A stretch of 64,000 nucleotides of DNA from the human T2T-CHM13v2.0 reference genome, Homo sapiens. The position numbers were made by a program, and so were the translations under genes. The notes beneath the pieces are model-generated. The model was not told where the DNA came from. It did no database searches and was given only the letters and a program-made list of their open reading frames with translations. Positions 30,844 through 43,677 of the stretch are shown one piece after another. The DNA lies in assembly GCF_009914755.1 (NCBI RefSeq), contig NC_060937.1. One strand, given 5' to 3'. How positions within the stretch are numbered: the stretch's first letter is position 1; each line of letters opens with the position of its first letter.

Positions 30844-31181
30844 TAGGCTGGACTTCTTGGGTGGAACCACATGTGAGATACATTGTGATCTGGTTTTAAG
30901 CTAGTTTATAACTGCAGTTACAACCATTAATGATAAGCTTTCAGGAATGGATTCCTGTTGGCCAAACTGACAAGAAACCAAGCTTACCCATTTGTTGATA
31001 TACAGTATAGCAAATAAGCCATTTGCAAAAAGTAGGCTATAGTCTATAAAGAAGGCTTAATTGGCAGAGTTAAAAGAAAGGGAGCTGCTGTTTCCATTGA
31101 GCCATGAAATATTATTAATATGTCTATGTTAATTTGTTTCCAAATTGTGGTTTATAAAAGAACGGTTTCTGTTGCTTTTAG

Positions 31182-31306
31182 TGGCATTTATTTTCAACTG
31201 GCTTGGATTTTGTTTATCCTTCTGTATCACCAATACCATAGCTGGAAGGTATGGTGCTATCTGCGGATTTGGCCTTTCCTTGATCAAATGGATCCTTATT
31301 GTCAGG
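31182..31306 (+). CDS. NDFIP2: NDFIP2 coding exon 5 (125 nt): (M)AFIFNWLGFCLSFCITNTIAGRYGAICGFGLSLIKWILIVR, TM1-TM2
   Basis: gcttttag acceptor, AGG|GTGAGT donor; peptide is visible inside supplied ORF 31145..31441; AGRYGAIxGFGLSLIKW family motif. Confidence 0.97.
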
Positions 31307-33332
31307 GTGAGTGTCTTGATAGCCTGTATCTCTTTTATCTCTAAAATGAGATGTATGAAATTTTCTGTGTGGTTCATAAATGGTCACTTTATTTTCATGA
31401 ATTCAGTTATTTCAAGGCTTATTCTTAAATCCTATACTTAATCATTATAGTGAGCTCTGTGGTATGAACACTTTATAACTTTATCATATGAGAAGTTGTT
31501 AATATAGTGGAAAGAACTTTGAAATAATAAAAATTTAAGTTTGAATCTCATCTTTTTTATATGTCTTAACTTTATTTAATTGTTCTGAGCATTAGTTTCT
31601 TTATAATAGGCTGATAATAGCTGCCTTGTAGGATTTTTATGAGGTATGGAAATAATGTAATTAAAGTACCTTATCCAGTTACTGCACAAATATATGTGCT
31701 CAGTAAATCATGGCTACTATTATTGTGATATAGTGCAGGTATGCCTAAATTAAGTTAAAACATAAAAATTTCTCGTTTAGTCACATTATCATGACCTTAA
31801 ATATCTTCTCACTGTTTTCTTTTGAAAACATTGAGAGCTCAAAAGTGAAGGCCTGTGAAGTGGTTATCAGAACTCTTTTTTTCCCTCATGCTTCTTCTAA
31901 CCTTCCTTATTTTCCTGTTGTTCCCTGAAGTCACCCCCTGCCTTCTTATAATTTACAAGATAGTGCGTAGGGAGACAAGTTCCCCATCTTAACAACTTTT
32001 CTAGTCTCCAGATAGTTTTCTGTAAAAATTGCATAGGCATTAGTGTTGTTCGCATAATCATCCCCCAGCCTTTTGAAGGCCTCTTTTGACTTCTTTTTAC
32101 AAATGTTTCTTCCTAGTTTTTTTTTTTTTTTAACTGTAAGATCTAGGAGAATGATCAAGAGTGCTTTACTTACTGTTGTAATAAGTCTTTTGAAAAATTA
32201 CCTACACATTTTAAATGCTGTTATACAATTAATAAATTAAAATACATACATTCTACATTTAAACATTGATTTCTAATTGAATGAGCTAAATCCTCCTAAA
32301 ATTTTTAGTAGAATCACAGATCAAATATATTAGCTTCTCTTAAATGTTCACTTTAATAATATATATTATGAAGTTGATTTAAAAGTACCCACTATGAAAA
32401 TATTAATGTTTATGGATGTAATGCATTTCTTCATTATTTTAAAACTTATAGCTTTCCAGGGTTTCAGTAATCCATAGGTTTTGATTATTAATCAGTTAAT
32501 TCTTGGTTGGGACCTATGGACTGGTTTCTTCTAAGATAGTTAAAATTTGAGCCATCATTAGAACTATCCCCTGACAATTTCTTGTTTTAATTTTATTGCA
32601 AAAGATGTACAGTGGGTTCCTAACACAAGTATAAATCTATTAGCTGTTACAGAACATACAAAGATAAAGGCACAGTCCCTTCCCTTATAGAAATTATTAT
32701 TAAAAAAACCTCAAAGTTGGGCCTAGATAAGTCCAATGTTGATTATGATACTAATAGAATTAAGCACTATTATTCAAATGGGATTTCTCATCTAAATCAC
32801 AGAACATAGAAAATGATATGAGGACTGTTTTCTCAATTCTCCCTGTTAGTAAATTGCTAGTATCATTCTAGATGTGTAAGAAAGAAGTTAATGCATCTTA
32901 TACAACTTATGTCCTTAAAGTATTACAGCTTAATTTTCTCATAAGAACCTCAGGTTGAGAAGGGATTAGATTATCTAGTTATCACCTCTAGTTGATGTGA
33001 TAAGATGGGGAACTTAAATTCAAAGACTAGAGTTTCTTACAGTTTTGTAAGGTAAATACTGTCATCAAGTTTGATCACCAGGACTGTTTAGTTTCCCTTA
33101 AAATACTTTTACTGAGTTAGAGTTAATGTTATGCCTTTAGTGTGTACTAAGAAGTGTTATAAGAAAAGGACTTAAAAAAATCTTTTGTATAAAATAACAA
33201 TAACTGCCATTCATTTAACCCTTAGTGTATGCCAGGCATAATTTGTTACAAGCAACGAATTTTCAAACTTTAACTGTATCTCTGATGCTGGTGATGATCT
33301 AGCCATTTTATTGGTGATGAAACTAAGAATAA

Positions 33333-33652
<320 letters not shown>

Positions 33653-35952
33653 AGTCTCACAGTTTTTAATGTGAATTGACATCTACCTTGGTCTCAATTC
33701 ATTGCCTATTTTCCTATTTCTGTACTGCCTCTGTTACACTGTACTTTGACTTCTACTATAATGCTCCAAATAAAACATTCCTCTTAGAGTTTAGTGCTGA
33801 GAGAAAAGTTTTCTCCTAAAAACCTGGTGTTCCCTTTCATTAGACAATAAGTAATTTATAAATCATACTGCCGCTGTCCATTTTGTATCTGAGCTGCGAT
33901 GAACCTCGGATTTTGTGTAAATATCTTTAGCCTAGCCTTCTGATACTACTTCTATCTAAGGTTTTTTATTATGTGGTTAAAAATACATATGTGTTTTATT
34001 AAAAACTAACAAAGTACATTTTGAAAGTAGACAGGATGTAAACAATGAAATAGTGATGTTACATTAATATAATAAAATCAGATGAATTCATAATGTTCAT
34101 TAATTTATTTTCCAAAATTTGATTTCTCTAGCCTGTGACTGGCCAATCAACATGATTGGTTTACTTATATGAAAAAAACAACAGTTGGCTTAGGCTTATG
34201 ATTTTAGTATTTTAAAACATTTTTGCTAACACAGTAATGAGTCCAAAAGCATTTCTTTATCCTTTTTACATAGCAAATCCTTCTCTTTGACATCAGGGTG
34301 AAGGTAATTATATTTTTCACTAGGGAGTAAATAAGAACTAGTTTTATGGTAAACATTTTTGGTGAAGAATGACTGTTCTTGATGTTCAGGTTACCTGTTA
34401 CTGGGTAACACGCAGAAATTTAAAAAATGTATTGCCTTTGTTCTTTATTCTTTTTTGTTCTTACAGCCTTTAAGACCTATATGAAAATGTTGTATTTCTA
34501 ACTGTTAATCACTTGACTAAAAAATAGTATAGTACCATCCTGTATAAGCTGTATCTTTTCAATTTCAAGTCCCTCCTTCATTGTACATATATTTTAAAGA
34601 TGTAGGTGTACATGGGATTTATGTGTTTAGTAGTACTTTGAAATTTTAAATCTCTGAAATTACTATAAATTTTAAAAAATTACTATAAAATTTAAAATAT
34701 GAAATTACTATAAATACTGAAATTACTATAAATGGTTTATTTATTAATTGGAAATACTTCCTGAGAAAATACTTAAAAGGCTATAAAAAACAGACTTAGA
34801 TAATCTTTATTTGATATGCTTACTAAATGATAACATTATTTACAATTTGTAAGCATTTTTTATTTTTGCCACAGCCTAGGATTTTTAAGCTTATATAGAA
34901 ATTACCAACAAATAATTGGAAATCTTTACTTATAAAGTTACAAATACTTTTAGTTAGTATTAGATTTGAGAGCAAGTCTGCATTTAGTGGAATCATTTTT
35001 AGTTACATCAGATTCAGTTTGCAGACCAGTGGAAACAGGGTGGGTAAACACAAGCTAATTTTTAACAGTTTTAGAGTAGGTTATATTAAACACTTTTTAA
35101 AAAGTAATCATTTGAGGCATTGTTTTAGGTGCTAAAGTTATCTGAAGTAACTGAAGAAAATTAGATTGATTTTTTAAAAAACCTTTTAAAATTAATGAAG
35201 TGTGATGTCTAGAGTCTAATCAAGGAAAGGATAACTGTGTCCAATATCATCAAATTCTGCCTTCCATCTGCCTGTTCATATTCCCACACCACGGAGAATA
35301 TAAAACTGTCTACCATGGCCACTAATAGGAACTGTTGAAATGCCACTTTAAGGTTCATTTAGCTGTTCTCAGCTCTCTGTTGGGAACTGAATGCTAGAGC
35401 ATCTAGTTTGAAAATAAAAAGACTCTAATGGGGGTCTTTATGCACCTAGTATTTTTGGCAGTGATTAACAGTAGGGGGTGTACAGAAGGTCAAAAGCTCT
35501 TCTTTTGGAGGTCAGCAGAACACCCCCATCTGATAAGATTAAACTAATGTGGCTTTTGGTGTTAATATCTGAAGCAGCGGGTTGCTGTAGTGTGTTTGGG
35601 ATGGTAGTTGTGGTTTTGAGAGATTATGAAAAAAGGACTGACGTGAAATTTCTAATAAGAAAATGTGTGATTCAGACATACAGCATTTACTGTTTCTTGC
35701 GGGGAGTTTGAAACTGGTTTTTGTTTCTAAAAATACTCCAATTTTTTTTTTGCTATTGCATAAGATGATTTTTTCTCAAATAATTTATATATGTGTATGC
35801 TGTGTATGCCATTAAGTGTTTTTATTTTTCCTTTGTGCCATTTTTAAGTGTTAAAGATTATTTGAAGTAAATCATTATGAAACTGAAGATAATTTATGAT
35901 TTTCAAATTCAGGTGTATGAATTCGGTTAATATATTTATGTTCACTCCATAG

Positions 35953-36019
35953 TTTTCTGATTATTTTACTGGATATTTCAATGGACAGTATTGGCTTTGG
36001 TGGATATTTCTTGTACTTG
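35953..36019 (+). CDS. NDFIP2: NDFIP2 coding exon 6 (67 nt): FSDYFTGYFNGQYWLWWIFLVL(G), start of TM3
   Basis: ctccatag acceptor, TTG|GTAAGT donor; GQYWLWW motif; phases 0/1. Confidence 0.96.
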
Positions 36020-38641
36020 GTAAGTTTATTCTTAATGCATTTAGTTTAACTTGGATATTTCCAAAAACTGTAAGATGTAAATAAACTGTGTTGCAATTTA
36101 TGTGGAAATTATTTTTCTTCTGTAAAATTCTCATATTCAAACACATCATCTCACGTTTTTAAACTATTCTATATAGCACTACAGATTTCTTAGATTTAAA
36201 ATCCAGAGGCTATCAGTGTAAAGAGTCAGTGGCGGGATGATAATTGAATGCTAAAAAATTTTAAAATAACAACGTGATAAAAAATTGTCTTTAGCATTTA
36301 TCTCAGAAAACATACACAAATGACTTCTTTTAATGATCTTAGGAAATTTGAGAGTTGGATAGTTTGGTTGTTCTATCTGTTCTCTTATTTTTTGATCATG
36401 GAAACATTCTTTATGCTTTTGAAATGTGCCTTGAATTAATCATTAATCAGCCAGGCATAAGGAAAGGCTTTATGCCTAATGATCACAGTGCTTCTGTTGA
36501 GTTGTCTTCCTATAAGACGTGTCTTTTTATTAATATTGATGGAATTTTATGGATTTTCAATTTTTGTTCCCTTTTGTTTTTTACCTTCAATGTGAGATAA
36601 TTAAGTTAATCATTAAATCACATTATATCTTTAATCCACATTTCAGATGTATTTGCTGACATAAGGAATACCTTTTGTTTCTAGTTAAGAGTAAAAGCCC
36701 ATGTTTCACTCAGAATTTTACCAGAAAATAACAGCATTTCAGTAGGTGGCAGTCTTCTCTCTGAGTTTTTATTTAGTCATACTGTTGGATCTTTAGGATC
36801 TTTTGGGAAACAAATTATTGTTAGTCAGATAAGGTCACTTAATTCTTTAATAGCTATATTGAAATTATTTTAGTGTTGTGACTTTGTTGAGATGCATCTG
36901 GAGGTGAAGCCAGTTTTATATTATGTGTTCTAACTGCCTGAATGCCGTGTTCTTTATTGAGTTTCTTACCTAAAAGTGAGAAGGTTTATAAAGTCTATTA
37001 AGTATTTAAGCATATTAAATGAGTACATTTGTGTGTATATATATATTATTTAGAGATTGGAGGAATCTTAAGGAGGTTAGTGTGGGGCAGAGTAGAATAC
37101 AGAGGACAATGCCAGTTCCACTTCAGAGCCATAATCTAGTGTTTATTTATTTAGGGGAATGTGAAAATGTAATCAGTGATAAAAATGTTGCTCTCACATA
37201 TGCTGAAAAGAATGTTGAGCACTTTGTAGAATGCTGAGAAACAGTAGCCACTGAGCGATTGGTTTTTAGGTATGAACTGGGTGGCTTCTTTTAGAAAATG
37301 CCTGAGAAGTAAAATGTGTGTTAGAAAACAGCAGCTTTAGAGACAAAGGAAGGGATCCCACAAATAAGTTGGTTTACATTTTTCAATAATATTTTTACAT
37401 TTGGATAACAGTATTATTATCTTTGAACAGCATCTGGAAGGGCATGAGGGTGGAATTCAGAAGGAGTCCCAAACGGAGGGAGTTAGGATATGGGAAGCAG
37501 ATGCGATTGGGTTTAGCTGTAATTTATACCATTTAAGTCATCATTTGTATCTCTCTTCTGTCTTTCCTCTCCAATTTACTACACATATGCTTCTTGTTTT
37601 TAGTGATTTGATTACTGTCTTGCAGTTGGGGTACAAATTTAGTTTGAGACTTCATATTTTAAATTCACAAACTCCTTTTCCTCCTGGTGAGGAAAGTCAT
37701 ACACATACAGTAGATATCTTCTGTTTTTGTTTTTGGATCCCCCCCACCCTGTTTTCCTGGTTAAAAATTTGCTGGAGTTAATAAATGTTTCCCTAAGAAT
37801 CATATGCTTAAGTATTTCAAAGGCTTATACTAGTAATGGTAATGTTTTATACTTATCTAATATTTTTTATGTGAAACTTTAGAGAATTTTACAGGTATTG
37901 CTTTTTAAATTATTAAATATATTTGTGGTTGTTATTTTAAAATACTACTTTACAAAGGAGAAAACTGAGGTAGATATAAGATGTATCCCAAATAATCTAA
38001 ATCATTAGAGTGACTGTCTTCCAAGTTGTCTTTTCTAACTCATCTTAATTTTTTATTATAAGTTAGTTTTTTATTATTACTTCAAAATAAGAACTCATAA
38101 TTAAAAATATGTACATAATGCACGTATCTTCAAATACAGATTTCACAGATGACAGGCACTTGATATTACTATACAGGCTTATTGTTTTTTTCCTCACAAT
38201 TGTTAGCAACCTCATGTATATATTTCCTTTTTATCTACTTTATATAAATAAATATGTCTTAGTTCACCCAGTAGTTATATTAATTGAAAAGATTGAGCCC
38301 ATGGGTTCAATGGGGTTTTTATGAGTTGAATCAGTTTAAGTGCGTCAGGTAACTTTACTATTGAAGAAAATCACTTAAATGTATATTTTTATGTAATTCT
38401 GGATTTTTATAGCTAGATTTGCTTTAATTTTGGTACATCTAGGCTTAACAAATTGAAAAATTGTATTTCCTTGTGACAGAGTTTATCCTTATAGTGTAAA
38501 ATATATTACAGAAATGAATGGAAGTCTGCAAGTAAAATTCCTTAAGCCAAGAGGATCTTGTTTATAATTGTCTACTTTAAATTTATCTTGCCCTTTTCTG
38601 TATAAAAACATAGTATATCCATATTATTTCAACCTTCTCAG

Positions 38642-38745
38642 GCCTGCTCCTTTTCTTCAGAGGATTTGTTAATTATCTAAAAGTCAGAAACATGTCTGAA
38701 AGTATGGCAGCTGCTCATAGAACAAGGTATTTCTTCTTATTGTAG
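38642..38745 (+). CDS. NDFIP2: NDFIP2 last coding exon 7: (G)LLLFFRGFVNYLKVRNMSESMAAAHRTRYFFLL*; the exon runs to 38747
   Basis: cttctcag acceptor; TAG stop at 38743-38745, then AG|GTAAGA donor; completes the reading frame. Confidence 0.96.
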
Positions 38746-40797
38746 AGGTAAGAAATATTAATCTGTGAACTCTGCCTATTCCCTTTATGTATTCAAATTT
38801 GCCAGATACATATTAAATGCCTAATGTGTATTCATGATTTTTACTGTTAGCATATTTAATATTTTTTAATACTGCTAACAGTCAGCTTATTGAAATTTGA
38901 TAAGTCATAGACCTTTTTAGATAACTTTTAGATTTTTAAAATTGAATTTCATAAATTTTAATTTTTAAAATACATAGCGAGTGAACTGAAATTTTGAATC
39001 AGACTTTTAAAACTTCTCTTTAAAGATTAACCATAGAATGTATATGAAGTAACCACCAGCACAAAATTTGAAGGCTTGAAAAAACAAAATATGACATAGT
39101 ACTTAGACCGAAGGAATGAGCATTTTTGTCTAAAACAATATGAAATTCACATAGACATCTGGTGGAGAAAAAAATCTGATTGAAAAACAATTTGTCTTGC
39201 AGTCCTTTTAACAGTCTGGATTAAGGAATAAAAGTCATGTGAAGAAAATAGTTCTGTTATTGTTTTCTTAATGTGTGCTGATTTTTTATCAACTATGAAG
39301 GCTACAACTTGAATAAGTAGGAATATGAAGAAATGAGTAGAAGTTGTCTTACTGGTTATCCAGTGAATTTCTGGAGGTCGTGGGTATAGTAATAGTATTT
39401 ATTTATTGTTCAGCGGGAGTATCTTCACATAAAGTAACCTCATACTCCCTATTCTACTTTTTAAAGCAAGTACCATGTACTTTATACCTATAAATAAGGT
39501 AAACTTATAAAGCATTTGAACTCTATTACCAAAATGTCTACTAGTACTTAACTTCTGAATGCAGGACTATAAGGAACAAAGTGTTTCAAGTTTATTAAGT
39601 ATTCTTTTTTCAAATAAATAAACTGCATGCTTTGTGATTTGGTTGCTTACATTTTATCATTTATATAAGTTATACATAAGCTTATATAATTTACTTATTT
39701 CTGCTAGAGTACTATGAATACATTTGTATTTCTAGATCATGTTAAAGTATCATTTTAAGTGTTCTACTAAAGTCTCCCCCAACCACTCCCAAAGAAGTCG
39801 CTTTTTTATTTTAACAAGCAAAATATCTTTGCAGACACTGGCATTAAGAATTTGTCAGTATTAATAATAAGATTAAAAGGCAAAGTAATTTTGCTGTTTT
39901 ACTAATTTGTGTGATTGTCTTCTATGCATTTTGAAGAGTCTAAAATACAATGCAAATATTTTCTAGATGAAAATCTGCTATAGAAGCCTTACACTTTAGA
40001 ATGTATTCTGATATGTAGACTTTAATGAAGAGAATATTATATACTTAATATAATTCTTCTATAAAATGTGTTGTATTATACTATGATTTAGATAAAGACA
40101 ACTTAATACATTTTAAGACTAATTCCTTCTTTGTCTCCAGACTGCATCAACCCGACATTCCTTTCTTATACCAATGTGAAATTTCCAGATCATCTGTAAA
40201 CCTACAACTTTAATAGAAGACTACTAATAACAGAAGACAAATTAGTGAAGAAAAGACGGAGTTTCGAAATTGAATGGCAGGGTGGTTTTTGCTTACAAGC
40301 CATTTCTGTTCATTCTTTAAGTATCTATATTTCATTTGTTTTGCACATATGCATATGTGCCCATTTAAGATATTTGCATATACTTGATAGAAACCATAAA
40401 GTTGTAGCAGTTAAGTCCAGTCACATTTGGTTAATCAGTGTTTGATATAATTGAAAGAGTTGAGTGGATAAACAGTCTTCCAGCTTGTAAATGCCATTGA
40501 CTTCTGACCTGACATTTAGTATAATAAAAATGAAATTCTTAACCATGTCAAATGATTTAGTTTCTGGCTCTTAGACTCATCTGGCAGTTCTACACATGAA
40601 ACATCTTTTGTTATATAAGGTGTATTGAAACCTGCAGTGCTGATTATTAGAAAGGATTTGTCAGATTTTTGAACATGATATTTACATTATTATTTAGGAA
40701 AACTCTTCCTGTAAATAACCATGCATAACTTACTTTCTGCAATGTTTTCTTAGAAATTGTGTCCAGATAGCTTTCACTAATTTTAAATTAAGTGAAC

Positions 40798-40852
40798 TAA
40801 ATATATATGTGTATATGTATACACATATATATACACACACACATATATATAT
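40798..40852. repeat. (TA)/(TG)/(CA) compound microsatellite in the 3' UTR
   Basis: atatatatgtgtatatgtatacacatatatatacacacacacatatatat. Confidence 0.85.
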
Positions 40853-43671
40853 TTAGAAACGTGAGTGTTAAAGATAGAATTTGTTTTAGGACAAATTTTA
40901 AGAAAATGTGGGAATACCAAATGTCCTTTATAAGAAAAATAAATTTTGTTTTAAGGGACATACTAGTTTTAGGGATTTTCAGATGGGAAGCTGCATTTTT
41001 AGGATTGCCCATCTTAAGAGATCTTGCAGGAAGAGATTGTATTAGATATTATATTTATTTCATTTAAGATAATTTTCAAAGTTAATTTTCTAAATAAGAT
41101 AATTCTCATTTGTGTTTGTCTTTTGAAAGGCCAATAAAATATCTTTCAGTATCATTGTAATAATTTTTTAGAGTTTAATTTGTAAAGCTTAGCAAATAAA
41201 ATCTTGTACTATGAATAGCTTCTTGCTTTATGACTTTAGGATTAACTTGTAAAAAACATATCCTGAACTGAGATATGCAAAATACTCATTTTCAAGTTAT
41301 GGAAATGTGTTTGTGGCATATAGGACTGTGGGGTCTGTGTGTGTAGTGAGAGTGTGTAGCCACTATTATAACTGGAATTTAATTTACATTCATAAACTAC
41401 TATATTTCCCATCTTGCAAATCATTTTATGTCTCATCTGTTTTTCCTTTCGGTTATATCTTTGGTTTTGAATACCAACATTTAAAATGATGGTATTTTAT
41501 CTTTTAAACTTAAAAATTATTTAATACAGCTATATGGACCTTATAAAATTGATTTCTTATTTATTATTAGACATTACTACTAAAAGGTACATCTAACTAT
41601 TCAGGGACATTTTTCCATTTCCAAAAAATAAAATTTATTATGCTTTATAACCTCTTCTGTATTTTCTAATTTTTTCATTGTCTTTGATAAATAAAACAGT
41701 TTTGTTTTGCTAATATAGCCTATTTTTTGTTTTGTCTCATTCAGTTTACTTTCCTGCGTAGAATTTTTATTGTTATATTAAAATTTTTATTGTTGTATTA
41801 AAGTACCTGTGTTACACCCCTTGAAGTAAGACAGTAGCATGGGGTAAAGAAAAAATATTTAGTTTAGTTGCCTAATTTGGAAGTTAATTAAAATTAAACT
41901 GTACTAATAACATATTCAAACTCATGCTGGATCTCTTTCATATTAATTTCTTATAGACCTGTACTTTATTCTTTCAATAATTTTTAAATGAAATTAAGCT
42001 TTGCTACATGGTAATTAAATAATTACTAGGAAGCTTAGCTATCAAACATCGACTTACTAAAATTTCATTTTAGCTTTTATGGTATATGTGCTTGTTTTCT
42101 GAATATGGATACATGTTACTTTTGATCCAGCATCAAAACTTCACTTTTTGTTTTGACTTTTCCCCCCAAATCTGTAAGGTTCAAGTATACATATTACTGA
42201 ATCCTCTATAATTGGCATAATTCAATGGTAGCCTTAAATCTCATCATGTAAGCAGGGGAATCAGAATGTTATTTTCAAGAACTTAATGTTCCCTTCAGAT
42301 ATATAAAATCCTGCATACTTCATTTCCTGTGAGCTTGAACAGCTGCTGTTGTGTTTTGGGGATGCTTGATCATCTTTGCACTCTGCCTTAAAGATTGAAA
42401 AATCAAAACTCTTGTTAGGGTATCTAAACATTTTTGAGTGTGAACTGGGGATTGGAAGTTAATACAAAAAAATTTCAAATTATTTCTATTGTAAATGAAT
42501 AAGCTAGTCATGGCTAGGATAATCCATTTTCATGTATTTATGCAATAAACTGAATTTTAAGGCAAAAACAACACTTTTCTATATAGTGTATGCAGGACAG
42601 ATTTTAGAAACTTAGATTAAAATACAAATCCCATTACATTTGGTTAAAATGAAAATCTCTGCTTAATGGAAAAAATACTAATCTTTAGCCTATTTTGAGT
42701 CTATAAGATATATTTCATTTTAGACATGCCTTCTAAGTTGTTCACAGATTTTTACCTGCTAAAACAATATTATTTCCAGTAAAACCTCTCCTAACAGGAA
42801 AAGTGGAGTTCAAAATATCCAATTGGAGAAAAATTCAGAGTTCCTTCATTAAATATAATTTTTTTCATCTAGTATGTACTATTTCAAGAAGTGCAAAAAG
42901 TAATGATAGTGAATGTGATACCATACTTAACTAAGGTAATATATATCCTTAGTTTGCTCAAAAGAGTCCTGGTTATTCCTGTTTTCTCAGCTTAATAGTG
43001 CCTCATCGTACTCTCAAAAGTGTTCTAATTTGGAGGATAAGTTATATGATCATCCTGTGTATAATTGTAGACTGTACCAAGAAGCAACTACCTTAGCTCC
43101 ACTGCCCTTTGAGGGATGGAACTGGGGTAAGGGCAGGAGCCAGTTATTATTGCCACAGTGTTTTCTAATGAACCATTTGGCCTGTAGAAGAGGAATAGTA
43201 TTTTTTTTAATAGTTGTATTTGAATGATTCCAGCTTATCGTAAATACTAAACTGAATGGCTTTTATATTTTTAACTGCTGTTAAATGTTATTTTAGCATT
43301 TATTAGTTGTTTATTATTTAATTCTTCAAATAGTCATATGAAAACATATATTTGATAAAGGTCAATTGTTAGATGATAATGTGCCATTCATTATCATAGG
43401 AATGTCCTTGCCCATATATAAAACATGCTGGCATGTATTTTACTTGTTAATAAAGTTGTATAGATGTGGAAGTGTGAACCTGTGATGCATCCTTTTCAAA
43501 ATCAGTTTAAGATTCGCATATTATCATGACTGTGACCTCACTAAACTGTTTATGTGACAAACCTTTCAAGATTGGAGATGAAAACAACACTTGTGAAATT
43601 AGGTTGGGGTTGCAACATCTTTTAACTTCTCAGTTATTTGTATGTCAGGAGACAGATTGTGGTTTAATTTT

Positions 43672-43677
43672 AATAAA
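43672..43677 (+). terminator. Probable distal polyadenylation signal AATAAA
   Basis: Last AATAAA of the transposon-free UTR block, with T/GT-rich sequence about 25-50 nt downstream. Confidence 0.6.

Noticed and set aside
31246-31254. Internal donor AAG|GTATGG in exon 5
   Set aside because: Would remove 58 nt (frameshift); the authentic AGG|GTGAGT donor is strong; no further support.
31145-31441. 98-aa ORF as a stand-alone small membrane protein
   Set aside because: It is exon 5 plus flanking intron; splice sites bound the conserved part.
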